Of a DNA stretch of 32,000 nucleotides, positions 14,100-22,414 are shown piece by piece; within the stretch, counting starts at the first letter, position 1, and every line of letters starts with the position of its first letter. The DNA lies in the NCBI RefSeq assembly GCF_001735745.1, contig NZ_CP017260.1:360001-392000 (forward strand), read 5' to 3'. Position numbers and translations under genes: made by a program. The DNA is from Formosa sp. Hel1_33_131. GTDB lineage: Bacteria > Bacteroidota > Bacteroidia > Flavobacteriales > Flavobacteriaceae. Below the pieces are notes generated by a model. It saw only the letters and a list, made by a program, of their open reading frames with translations, was not told the DNA's origin and searched no databases.

Positions 14100-16268
14100 A
14101 TGAAAATCATTAGATTAAAACTATTACTTTTAGTTGTGTGTGTTTTTAGTTGTAAAACTAACAACAATACATCTATAGAAATGTTGCCAGAAAAAGAAGT
14201 GGTTGAGGAATATTTTGGAACGACTGTTAAAGATTCTTATAAATATATGGAAAACCTCAATGATACTATCGTTTTAAATTGGTATAAACAACAAAGTAAC
14301 TATGCTAAGAATAAAATTGATAAGATTCACAATCGAAATAAAATTTTGAAGTTTCAAAATATTATAACTAACAATACATCTAAAATTTCAAATATTTTAA
14401 TAACTAATAATAACCTATATTTTTATTTAAAGAATCATAATGACACAAAAGAGCTCTTTTATAGAGAAGGGATTCATGGTGAGGAGTATTTTTTATTTAA
14501 TCCTGAAAAACATAAAAAAGGAAGTGCTATAAATTATATTGCTCCTAGTTGGGATGGATCAAAAGTAGCAATAGCTATGACTAAAGATGACTTAGAAATT
14601 GGCAATATCATTGTTTTAGATGTATCTAATAAAAAACTATACAACGAATCCATAAATAATTGCTGGCCTTCAGCCTTAGGTGGAATAAGATGGCTTGCTG
14701 ATAATTCTAGATTTACCTACGAATATATCCCCGTTATTGATAAAAAAGAAAAGAATTATTTATTTAATACCGAAACTCGTTTACATGTTTTGGGAGAAAA
14801 CCCTGTTAACGACAGAATATTATTTTCAAATAAAAACAATCCTGAGATTGAAATAAAAGAAGAAGATTTCCCTGAGGTTTCTATTAGCAACGAAAAAAGC
14901 AATTACATATTTGGGAGTGTTTGGGGGGCTAGCTATTATGCTGATTACTACTCCTCCTCTATTGAAAATATTAACAACCAAAAAATCACATGGAAGCCTC
15001 TTTTTAAAAAAGAAGATTTAATAAAGCGGTTTTATTTAGAGGGTGATTATATAGTTTATTTATCCGCAAAAAAAGCTAAAAATTTTGAGATCTGTAGAAC
15101 TTCATTAATTAATCCAAATTTTGAAGATCCAGAAATTTTAGTCTCCGAAGATGAATCATCTGTAATCACAGATTTAACTTTAACAAGCAAAGGATTGTTT
15201 TTTGTTAAAACAAAGAATGGAGTTGAGGCTAAGTTATATCAATTTATTAATAAGAATAAGATCAATAATATTACTCTACCCAAAGAAGCTGGTTATATTA
15301 ATGTTTCTTCTAATGGGAATTTATTCCCTGACTTGAGAATTGAAATTAAAGGTTGGTTGTCCGACAAAGAACGTTATCAATTTAATCATAAAACAAATCA
15401 GTTTACTAAAGAACAATTAGCCAAAGAAAATGGCAATAATGATGAATTATTTGATGGAATTATAATTGAAGAAATAGAAATCATATCGCATGATGGAGTG
15501 AAAGTTCCATTATCACTAATTTATAACAAAGACCTAGAATTAAATGGCCAAAATAGAGTGCTAATAAAAGGATATGGAGCATATGGAATAACTCAAAAAC
15601 CTTTTTTGGATCCTTATATACTGCCTTGGCTAAAAGAAGGTGGGATTTATGCGATGGCGCATGTAAGAGGAGGAGGAGAAAAAGGCGACTTCTGGCATAA
15701 AAGTGGGTATAAAGAAACAAAACCTAATACATGGAAAGACCTAATAGCCTGTTCGGAATATCTTATCCATAAAAAGTACTCTTCTAGTAGTAAAACTGTT
15801 ATTTATAGCGGCAGTGCTGGGGGTATTTTAATAGGTCGAGCCATAACTGAAAGACCAGATTTGTTTGCAGCAGCTATTATAAGAGTTGGAGTACTAAATA
15901 CTTTAAGGTATGAGTTTTCACCAAATGGAAAAAATAATACTAAAGAGTTAGGTTCAGTCCAAGATTCCATTGGATTTAAAGGTTTGCTTGAGATGGATGC
16001 TTATCAGCATATTGAAAAAGGAGTAAAATACCCCGCAGTATACTTGACAGCTGGATTAAATGATTCTAGAGTATCCGTTTGGCAACCAGGGAAATTTGCC
16101 GCTAAACTACAAGCTGCAACCACTTCAAATAATCCAGTATTTCTTAATGTAGATTCAGAAGGAGGACATGGACTTGATACTTCTAAAAATAAGAAAAATA
16201 AAGAAATTGCCGATATCCTCTCTTTTGCATTATGGCAAACAGGGCATCCAGATTTTCAGTTGAAATAA
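14100..16268 (+). CDS. Prolyl oligopeptidase (S9A family), lipoprotein, copy 2 (tandem paralogue)
   Basis: I prefer ATG 14100 (MKIIRLKLLLLVVCVFSCKTNN, lipobox Cys) over the track's TTG 14094. The protein is collinear with copy 1, sharing long identical runs (GYGAYGIT, AHVRGGGEKGD, TKPNTWKD, GRAITERPDL, ADILSFALWQTGHPD). Triad contexts GSAGG, GLNDSRV and EGGHG are intact. Confidence 0.9.
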   Translation: MKIIRLKLLLLVVCVFSCKTNNNTSIEMLPEKEVVEEYFGTTVKDSYKYMENLNDTIVLNWYKQQSNYAKNKIDKIHNRNKILKFQNIITNNTSKISNILITNNNLYFYLKNHNDTKELFYREGIHGEEYFLFNPEKHKKGSAINYIAPSWDGSKVAIAMTKDDLEIGNIIVLDVSNKKLYNESINNCWPSALGGIRWLADNSRFTYEYIPVIDKKEKNYLFNTETRLHVLGENPVNDRILFSNKNNPEIEIKEEDFPEVSISNEKSNYIFGSVWGASYYADYYSSSIENINNQKITWKPLFKKEDLIKRFYLEGDYIVYLSAKKAKNFEICRTSLINPNFEDPEILVSEDESSVITDLTLTSKGLFFVKTKNGVEAKLYQFINKNKINNITLPKEAGYINVSSNGNLFPDLRIEIKGWLSDKERYQFNHKTNQFTKEQLAKENGNNDELFDGIIIEEIEIISHDGVKVPLSLIYNKDLELNGQNRVLIKGYGAYGITQKPFLDPYILPWLKEGGIYAMAHVRGGGEKGDFWHKSGYKETKPNTWKDLIACSEYLIHKKYSSSSKTVIYSGSAGGILIGRAITERPDLFAAAIIRVGVLNTLRYEFSPNGKNNTKELGSVQDSIGFKGLLEMDAYQHIEKGVKYPAVYLTAGLNDSRVSVWQPGKFAAKLQAATTSNNPVFLNVDSEGGHGLDTSKNKKNKEIADILSFALWQTGHPDFQLK

Positions 16269-16281
16269 GACTCTCTGAAAA

Positions 16282-16419
16282 ATCTTTTTTCTTGTCAAGC
16301 TGAACCTGCCTACCGTCAGGAAGTCCTGCCTGACGGTAGGCAGGTTTATTTTAGCTTCTCATAATTATTGGTTTTCAATACATTGAGATTCTGAAATAAA
16401 CCTACCATTCCAACAAAAA
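16282..16419. repeat. Repeat copy A (~135 bp), upstream flank of the toxin-antitoxin pair
   Basis: It shares ATCTTTT..TT.TCAAGCTGAA with 17091-17223. It also shares AGCTTCT(C/T)ATAATTATTGGTTTTCAAT(A/T)CATTGAGATTCTGAAAT (45 nt, 2 mismatches) and AAACCT(A/G)CCATTCCAACAAAA. Each copy carries a different hairpin insertion. Confidence 0.65.
16303..16352 (+). terminator. Strong rho-independent terminator after the second prolyl oligopeptidase gene
   Basis: AACCTGCCTACCGTCAGG (16303-16320) and CCTGACGGTAGGCAGGTT (16329-16346) form an exact 18-bp stem with an 8-nt loop, followed by TTTATTTT. Confidence 0.8.
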
Positions 16420-16495
16420 CACCCGCTAACGCGGACTTGCAGTCCGTGTAAATTAAAACAACCTGAATTGAGGTGAGTAAAATACTATAAAAAAT

Positions 16496-16511
16496 TAATT
16501 TTGTAAATTTG
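16496..16511 (+). promoter_or_regulatory. Two adjacent matches to the Bacteroidota -7 promoter box TAnnTTTG, upstream of the antitoxin gene
   Basis: TAATTTTG (16496-16503) and TAAATTTG (16504-11), located 6-14 nt before the ATG at 16517. The consensus is recalled from the published Bacteroides promoter consensus. Chance matches are common in AT-rich DNA. Confidence 0.3.
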
Positions 16512-16516
16512 TAACT

Positions 16517-16738
16517 ATGGACATACAAACACGAAAAATAGAATTTGTACAGGCATTTTTAAAACTGCAAAGTGAGGAAATGATTTCTCTTTTTGAAAGC
16601 ATTCTAAAATCGGGAAATAAAGATGATTTTTATCCAATGAGTATAGATGAATTGAATAAACGTATTGACAAATCAGAAAAAGATTTTGAAACTGGGAAAT
16701 CTAAAAACCATGATGAAGTTTTTGCAAAATACAGCTAA
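16517..16738 (+). CDS. Putative antitoxin (73 aa) of a type II TA pair
   Basis: A small acidic protein immediately upstream of a ParE/RelE-like toxin, overlapping it in a TAATG junction. The assignment rests on context; I do not recognise a specific family. Confidence 0.55.
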   Translation: MDIQTRKIEFVQAFLKLQSEEMISLFESILKSGNKDDFYPMSIDELNKRIDKSEKDFETGKSKNHDEVFAKYS

Positions 16739-17052
16739 TGAATTACATAATAATTTGGTCAAATTTTGCAGAATATCAACTTGATGAGATATTTAACTAC
16801 TATACAAAAAAAGTTAATGTAAAAGTTGCTCAAAGTATAATGTTTAAAATCCGAGATAAAGTCGAAGTGCTTATTAAAAATCCTTTGATTGGTGAAAAAG
16901 AGGAACTTTTAGAGGATAGAAAACAAAATTATAGGCGTCTAATAGTTACGAATTACAAAATAATCTACTCTTTGAATGAGAAGATTGAGACTATAAAAAT
17001 AGTTGACATTTTTGACACTCGACAGAATCCAATAAAATTGAAAAGGAATTAA
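16738..17052 (+). CDS. Type II toxin-antitoxin system RelE/ParE family toxin (104 aa)
   Basis: MNYIIIWSNFAEYQLDEIFNYY...NPLIGEKEELL...YRRLIVTNYKIIYSL..ETIKIVDIFDTRQNP shows the typical ParE/RelE-fold sequence pattern and size. Its start overlaps the stop of the upstream small gene. Confidence 0.8.
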   Translation: MNYIIIWSNFAEYQLDEIFNYYTKKVNVKVAQSIMFKIRDKVEVLIKNPLIGEKEELLEDRKQNYRRLIVTNYKIIYSLNEKIETIKIVDIFDTRQNPIKLKRN

Positions 17053-17090
17053 CATCTGCTGGCTAAAACTTCGCTAGCTACAACGTAAGT

Positions 17091-17223
17091 ATCTTTTCCT
17101 TATCAAGCTGAAACGCCTTTCAGCTTCTTATAATTATTGGTTTTCAATTCATTGAGATTCTGAAATCAGAATGACAGGTTTAGTTACTTTTTAGACAATC
17201 AGAAACCTGCCATTCCAACAAAA
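17091..17223. repeat. Repeat copy B, downstream flank of the TA pair; also the convergent terminator region for the toxin gene and argH
   Basis: See copy A. This copy contains the hairpin AAGCTGAAA/TTTCAGCTT (17105-17125) and ATTCTG/CAGAAT (17156-17171). AATGACAGGTTT (17169-17180) pairs with AAACCTGCCATT (17203-17214) at 11 of 12 positions. Confidence 0.65.
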
Positions 17224-17236
17224 TCACTCTCCACCC

Positions 17237-18511
17237 CTACACCGGATATTTAGCACTGATCTCATCCAATCCCAAATTGTGAATACTCCCTAAATGCGTA
17301 TGCGGAATGCGTGTATCGGACTTATAAGTGCCTGCTTGTACTTGCGCCCCAATAACCTGATACGCTTCTCTAAACGACGCGCCTTGCATCACCAAGCTAT
17401 TGATACTGTCCACCGTAAACAGGTATTGGTATTTTGGGTCTTTCAAATCAATTTTTTTCACTTGAATTTCCTGAATCGCATAATTAAAAATATCCAAAAT
17501 AGCTTCCAGCTCTTCAAAGCCTTGAATCATGTTTTCTTTTAACAACTGAAAATCACGGTGGTAACCACTTGGCAAATTATTGGTAATCAAAAGCATCTCG
17601 GTTTCCAAACTTTGAAGTTTGTTACACTTCCCACGAATCAATTCAAAAACATCGGGGTTTTTCTTGTGGGGCATGATACTGCTCCCCGTAGTGAGTGACT
17701 CAGGAAACCCAATAAAATCAAAATTCTGACTCATATACAAACAAATATCCATCGCCATTTTTCCGAGCGTATTGGCTAAATTCCCTAAACCCGATGCGAT
17801 AATACGTTCGTTTTTTCCACGGCTCATTTGTGCCGCCACCACATTGTATTTGAGGGTTTTAAAACCAAGGGCTTTGGTCGTAAATTCTCTATCAATTGGA
17901 AACGAACTTCCATAACCCGCTGCCGATCCCAAAGGATTTTGATCCACTACTTTTTGAGCCGCCTGTAATACATATACATCGTCAATAAGCGATTCCGCAT
18001 AGGCAGAAAACCACAGTCCAAAAGATGAGGGCATAGCGACTTGTAAATGCGTGTAACCTGGTAACAACGCTGATTTATGCGTATCTGCCAAGGCAATCAA
18101 CGTTTCAAAAAACGTTTTGGTTTTGTGTTGTATCGAGCCCAAACTCGCCTTGTAATACAATTGTAAGGCCACCAAAACTTGGTCATTTCTGGAGCGGGCT
18201 GTATGGATTTTTTTACCCGTATCGCCCAAGGCTTTCGTCAATTCATATTCGAGTTTGGAGTGGATGTCCTCAAACTGAGCGTCAATCACAAAAGTGCCTT
18301 CACTGATCTGTGATTGAAGGGTATCAAACACGGCTTCGATTGCGATGAGTTCTTCCGAATTTAGAAGCCCTATTTTGACCAACATTTGCGCATGCGCCAA
18401 GGAAGCTTGAATGTCATAGGTGGCAATTTTAAGGTCGATTTCTCGGTCGTTTCCGACGGTAAATTTTTCAATGAATGCATCGATTGAAATGCCTTTATCC
18501 CAAAGTTTCAT
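17237..18511 (-). CDS. argH: Argininosuccinate lyase
   Basis: 424 aa of the fumarate-lyase superfamily, with TGSSIMPHKKNPD (the signature GSSxMPxKxN loop) and the TARSRNDQV motif. Confidence 0.95.
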   Translation of the reverse strand: MKLWDKGISIDAFIEKFTVGNDREIDLKIATYDIQASLAHAQMLVKIGLLNSEELIAIEAVFDTLQSQISEGTFVIDAQFEDIHSKLEYELTKALGDTGKKIHTARSRNDQVLVALQLYYKASLGSIQHKTKTFFETLIALADTHKSALLPGYTHLQVAMPSSFGLWFSAYAESLIDDVYVLQAAQKVVDQNPLGSAAGYGSSFPIDREFTTKALGFKTLKYNVVAAQMSRGKNERIIASGLGNLANTLGKMAMDICLYMSQNFDFIGFPESLTTGSSIMPHKKNPDVFELIRGKCNKLQSLETEMLLITNNLPSGYHRDFQLLKENMIQGFEELEAILDIFNYAIQEIQVKKIDLKDPKYQYLFTVDSINSLVMQGASFREAYQVIGAQVQAGTYKSDTRIPHTHLGSIHNLGLDEISAKYPV

Positions 18512-18513
18512 AG

Positions 18514-19578
18514 CTATAATATTTTAGTTAATAATTGAATGTATAATGCCACACCTTCTTTAATTTCATCTATATAAATGAACTCATCAGCAGTGTGGGA
18601 ACGGGTGCTGTCCCCTGGTCCTAATTTTAAGGACGGACAACTCAACACCGATTGGTCAGAAAGTGTGGGCGATCCATAGGTTTCACGTCCCAATGCAATC
18701 CCGGCTTGAACCAACGGATGCGCCACGGGTATCGAAGACGAATTGAGTTTTAAACCTCTAGGAAGGATCGAATCGCAAGGGGCTTCACTTTGCAGAATTT
18801 CAACAATTTCTTTGTTGCTGTATTGGTCGTTGACGCGTACATCCACCACCAACTCCACCCCTGCTGGAATCGCATTGTGTTGCTTCCCAGCATGGATTTG
18901 TGTCACGGTCATTTTTACAGGCCCTAAACTCTCTGATTTTTTTTCAAACTGGTAATCTTTAAACCATTGCAACACCTCAATCACATTATAAATCGCATTA
19001 TCGTCGTTGGGATGTGCGGCGTGTCCAGGCGTTCCTTTCACAAGTGCATCAAATACCACCAAGCCTTTTTCAGCCACAGCGAGTTGCATTAAAGTCGGCT
19101 CCCCTACAATGGCGACATCAATGTTTGGAATGATGGACAGCATACTATTTAAACCAGCAGCCCCACTACTCTCTTCTTCTGCGGAAGCAACGAGTACCAG
19201 ATTGTAATTTAGATTTTTCTGGGCATAAAAATGCGTGAAAGTCGCGATCAATGAAACCAAACAACCCCCAGCATCGTTGCTCCCCAATCCAAACAATTTC
19301 CCTTCTTCAACCTGTGCTTTAAAAGGATCTTTGGTATAGCCATTATTTGGTTTTACGGTATCGTGATGCGAGTTTAAAAGCAGCGTGGGTTTGGACGCAT
19401 CAAAATCGGCATTCATTGCCCAAATATTATTTTGAGATCGCTGAAACGGAATCTTAGAGTCTATAAACCACTGTTCAATCCGCGCAGCGGTTAAATCTTC
19501 TTCAGATGAAAATGAAGGGATTTCAATTAAATCTTTTAATAATTGAATCGCGGAAGTTGTTAAATTTTCTAGCGTCAT
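18514..19578 (-). CDS. argE: M20-family deacylase (acetylornithine deacetylase-like, ArgE-type)
   Basis: 354 aa with metal-binding contexts LLLNSHHDTV, GSNDAGG and SAEEESSG typical of the M20/ArgE/DapE family. It sits inside the arg operon. The acyl group it removes (acetyl or succinyl) is not determinable here. Confidence 0.8.
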   Translation of the reverse strand: MTLENLTTSAIQLLKDLIEIPSFSSEEDLTAARIEQWFIDSKIPFQRSQNNIWAMNADFDASKPTLLLNSHHDTVKPNNGYTKDPFKAQVEEGKLFGLGSNDAGGCLVSLIATFTHFYAQKNLNYNLVLVASAEEESSGAAGLNSMLSIIPNIDVAIVGEPTLMQLAVAEKGLVVFDALVKGTPGHAAHPNDDNAIYNVIEVLQWFKDYQFEKKSESLGPVKMTVTQIHAGKQHNAIPAGVELVVDVRVNDQYSNKEIVEILQSEAPCDSILPRGLKLNSSSIPVAHPLVQAGIALGRETYGSPTLSDQSVLSCPSLKLGPGDSTRSHTADEFIYIDEIKEGVALYIQLLTKIL

Positions 19579-20369
19579 TGGATCGTAAGTGTTGTGAAAA
19601 TCGCTTCGGAATCAAGCAACATTTCTGGTTTCCCGATGCATACTTTAGAAACTTGATGTTCTAAGGCATGAAAACAGTTGTTTAGTTTTGGCAACATCCC
19701 AGCGTAAATCACTTGGGCGTGTAATAATTCTTTATAAGAGGATGCTGTAATTTTTTCAATCACCGAACTATCGTCATTCACATCTTTTAAAACGCCGTTT
19801 TTCTCAAAGCAATAATACAGTTCCACCTCAAATTGAGATGCAAAAGCAATGGCCAATTCGGAAGCAATCGTATCGGCATTAGTATTTAACAGCTGTCCAT
19901 TTTGATTGTGTGTCAATGCACAAAATACAGGAGAGATACCGTGATTCAGCAACAATTCTAACGTAGAAGTTTCTACATTTTTAACATCGCCTACAAACCC
20001 ATAATCAAGTGTAGAAACAGGTCGTTTTACAGAAGTGATGGTATTGGCGTCTGCCCCTGTAAATCCAAGAGCGTTGCAGTCCAAGGCTTGCAATTGAGCG
20101 ACCATCGTTTTGTTTATTTTACCCGCATAGACCATCGTAATGAGTTCTAAAGTTGCGGCGTCGGTGATGCGTCTGCCATCCACCATTTGTACCTCTAGTC
20201 CTGTTTTCTTAGCCAAGGCTGTGGCGGATTTCCCACCTCCATGCACCAATATTTTAGGTCCTTTGATGGATGAAAACACAGTCAGAAATGACGTGAGTGC
20301 TTGTGGGTTGTCAATGACATTCCCTCCTATTTTAACGATCTTGAGAGTGTTCTTTTTATCCATTTTCAA
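19575..20369 (-). CDS. argB: Acetylglutamate kinase
   Basis: 264 aa of the amino-acid kinase family, with VKIGGNVID, VHGGG and NTNADT motifs. Confidence 0.9.
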   Translation of the reverse strand: MKMDKKNTLKIVKIGGNVIDNPQALTSFLTVFSSIKGPKILVHGGGKSATALAKKTGLEVQMVDGRRITDAATLELITMVYAGKINKTMVAQLQALDCNALGFTGADANTITSVKRPVSTLDYGFVGDVKNVETSTLELLLNHGISPVFCALTHNQNGQLLNTNADTIASELAIAFASQFEVELYYCFEKNGVLKDVNDDSSVIEKITASSYKELLHAQVIYAGMLPKLNNCFHALEHQVSKVCIGKPEMLLDSEAIFTTLTIQ

Positions 20370-21291
20370 GAATTTTTTTCAACACCAATTGCGCCGCATA
20401 CGTTCTATTGTTCGATTGTGCAATCACCACGGATTGCTCACTGTCCAACACCGCATCTTCTACCACTACATTTCGTCTTACAGGCAAGCAATGCATAAAT
20501 TTGGCTGTGCTTAATTTTTCTTTGGTCATCATCCAATTAGGATCTTGAGAAATGATCTTGCCATAATCCTTATAATTACTCCAGTTTTTTACATACACAA
20601 AATCGGCATCTTTCAAGGCTTCCTCTTGATCGTAAATGACGGGCGTGTCTTTGACAATGTCTAGATTTAACTCATAACCTTCAGGGTGGGTGATGCTAAA
20701 ATCAACCTCAATGGTTTGCATCATTTCTATAAATGAATTGGCAACTGCATGTGGCAATACTTTGGGATGTGGTGCCCATGACAATACCACTTTGGGCTTT
20801 TGTTTCGTTTTTAACTCTTCTATCGTAATGGCGTCCGCCAATGCTTGCAGCGGATGTCCTGTCGCACTTTCCATATTGACAATGGGCACGGTCGCATGCG
20901 TCACAAAACTGTTAAGTATCCATTCGGATAAATCTTTGTCTTTATCTGTTAAAGACGGAAAAGCACGAACGGCTAAAATATCCGCATATTGCGAAATCAC
21001 TTGCGCCGCTTCTTTCACATGCTCCGACTTATCTAAGTTCATGACCACCCCCGTTTCAAATTCTAATTGCCAAGCGTCGGTGACGTTCAATACAATCACG
21101 TCCATCCCTAAATGTTTGGCCGCTTTTTCGGTACTCAAACGCGTGCGAAGACTGGCATTGAAAAACAACATTACCAAGGTTTTTTGCGCCCCTAAACTTC
21201 GGTATTTATACGGGTCCAATTTTAAAGCAATCGCCTCTTGAACTGCCGAGGCAATGGAAGGAAGGTCGGTAATTTTTATATAATGGTTCAT
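20356..21291 (-). CDS. argF': N-acyl-L-ornithine carbamoyltransferase (AOTCase/SOTCase-type argF')
   Basis: 311 aa with the carbamoyl-phosphate motif SLRTR and HCLPVRRN but no DxxxSMG ornithine loop. This is the pattern of the N-acetyl/N-succinyl-ornithine transcarbamylase branch described in Xanthomonas and Bacteroides. Confidence 0.85.
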   Translation of the reverse strand: MNHYIKITDLPSIASAVQEAIALKLDPYKYRSLGAQKTLVMLFFNASLRTRLSTEKAAKHLGMDVIVLNVTDAWQLEFETGVVMNLDKSEHVKEAAQVISQYADILAVRAFPSLTDKDKDLSEWILNSFVTHATVPIVNMESATGHPLQALADAITIEELKTKQKPKVVLSWAPHPKVLPHAVANSFIEMMQTIEVDFSITHPEGYELNLDIVKDTPVIYDQEEALKDADFVYVKNWSNYKDYGKIISQDPNWMMTKEKLSTAKFMHCLPVRRNVVVEDAVLDSEQSVVIAQSNNRTYAAQLVLKKILENG

Positions 21292-22412
21292 AATTTTTGT
21301 GCTAAGGCTTTAAAAAATAAATCAATGTGTGCCTTTTTAATTGTTAAGGGAGGTAAAATCCGAATCAAGTTTGGGTTTTTAGAACTTCCTGTAAATAAAA
21401 AATGATCAAAAAGTAATTTTTTTCGAAGTGCTACAACAGGGAACTCAAATTCTAATCCGAGCATTAAACCCCGTCCTTTGAGTTTTTTTAGTTTTGGGAT
21501 GGATTTGGCTTTCTCCATAAAATATGCCGACATGTCTTTTGCGTTTTGCATTAAGTTTTCAGATTCTAAAACGTCCAAAACAGCCAAGGTCGCCGCACAA
21601 GCCAAATGGTTGCCACCAAAGGTGGTTCCTAACAGTCCATAAGATGCTTTTATGGAAGGGTGAATCAAAATACCTCCCACGGGAAATCCGTTGCCCATCC
21701 CCTTCGCCATCGAAATAATATGAGGCGTAATCCCGTGTTTTTGAAAGGCGAAAAAATCACCTGTACGTCCAAAACCGGACTGTACCTCATCGGCTATTAA
21801 AACGGTATTGTGTTTTTTACAAAGTAATTCCAAACCTTTATAAAAATCAGTGCTGCTTTCATCCAGTCCGCCGACGCCTTGGATGCACTCAATAATGATG
21901 GCGCAAATAGGCTCGGATTTTAAAGTGATTTCTACTAAATCTAAATCTCCAAGTGGTAAAAACCGAACTTGCTGTTGGGCATTTATGGGGGCAACAATTT
22001 TTGGATTGTCCGTCGCAGCCACACAAGCCGAGGTGCGTCCATGAAAGGAGTTGTCAAACGCAATCACGGTGGCTTTGTTGGTATGAAACGACGCCAGTTT
22101 TAAGGCATTTTCATTGGCTTCCGCTCCCGAACTACACATAAACAAGTCATAATTTTTACAGCCAGAAACTGCTTCGAGTCGGTCTGCCAACTTGGTTTGA
22201 AGTGGATTCTGTACAGCATTGCTATAAAACCCTATTTTTTGAAGTTGATTGGTGAGTGCATTCACATAAACAGGATGGGAATGCCCAATAGAAATCACTG
22301 CATGCCCTCCGTAAAGGTCCAAATACTGGGTGCCTTTTTCGTCATACAAATAAACATCGTTTGCCTTTACAGGCGTCACATCAAAGAGTGGATAAACATC
22401 AAATAGACTCAT
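21288..22412 (-). CDS. argD: Acetylornithine (acyl-ornithine) aminotransferase, class III PLP enzyme
   Basis: 374 aa with GSGAEANE-like CSSGAEANENALK, DEVQSGFGRTG and the SMAKGMGNGFP Lys-PLP context. Confidence 0.9.
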   Translation of the reverse strand: MSLFDVYPLFDVTPVKANDVYLYDEKGTQYLDLYGGHAVISIGHSHPVYVNALTNQLQKIGFYSNAVQNPLQTKLADRLEAVSGCKNYDLFMCSSGAEANENALKLASFHTNKATVIAFDNSFHGRTSACVAATDNPKIVAPINAQQQVRFLPLGDLDLVEITLKSEPICAIIIECIQGVGGLDESSTDFYKGLELLCKKHNTVLIADEVQSGFGRTGDFFAFQKHGITPHIISMAKGMGNGFPVGGILIHPSIKASYGLLGTTFGGNHLACAATLAVLDVLESENLMQNAKDMSAYFMEKAKSIPKLKKLKGRGLMLGLEFEFPVVALRKKLLFDHFLFTGSSKNPNLIRILPPLTIKKAHIDLFFKALAQKL

Positions 22413-22414
22413 AA

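Noticed and set aside
16346-16528. 60-aa minus-strand ORF between POP2 and the antitoxin
   Set aside because: It lies across the repeat element, the terminator and the promoter-like boxes. It has no motif support and overlaps the antitoxin start.
20690-21241. 183-aa plus-strand ORF (and similar ORFs at 20140-20514, 20301-20498, 21524-21718, 21850-22141, 22197-22406, 22653-22886, 24923-25117, 17294-17542, 18743-19207)
   Set aside because: All lie antisense to arg-operon genes whose products have unmistakable family motifs. Their translations are low-complexity, Cys/Ser/Thr-rich shadow frames typical of the opposite strand of real genes.
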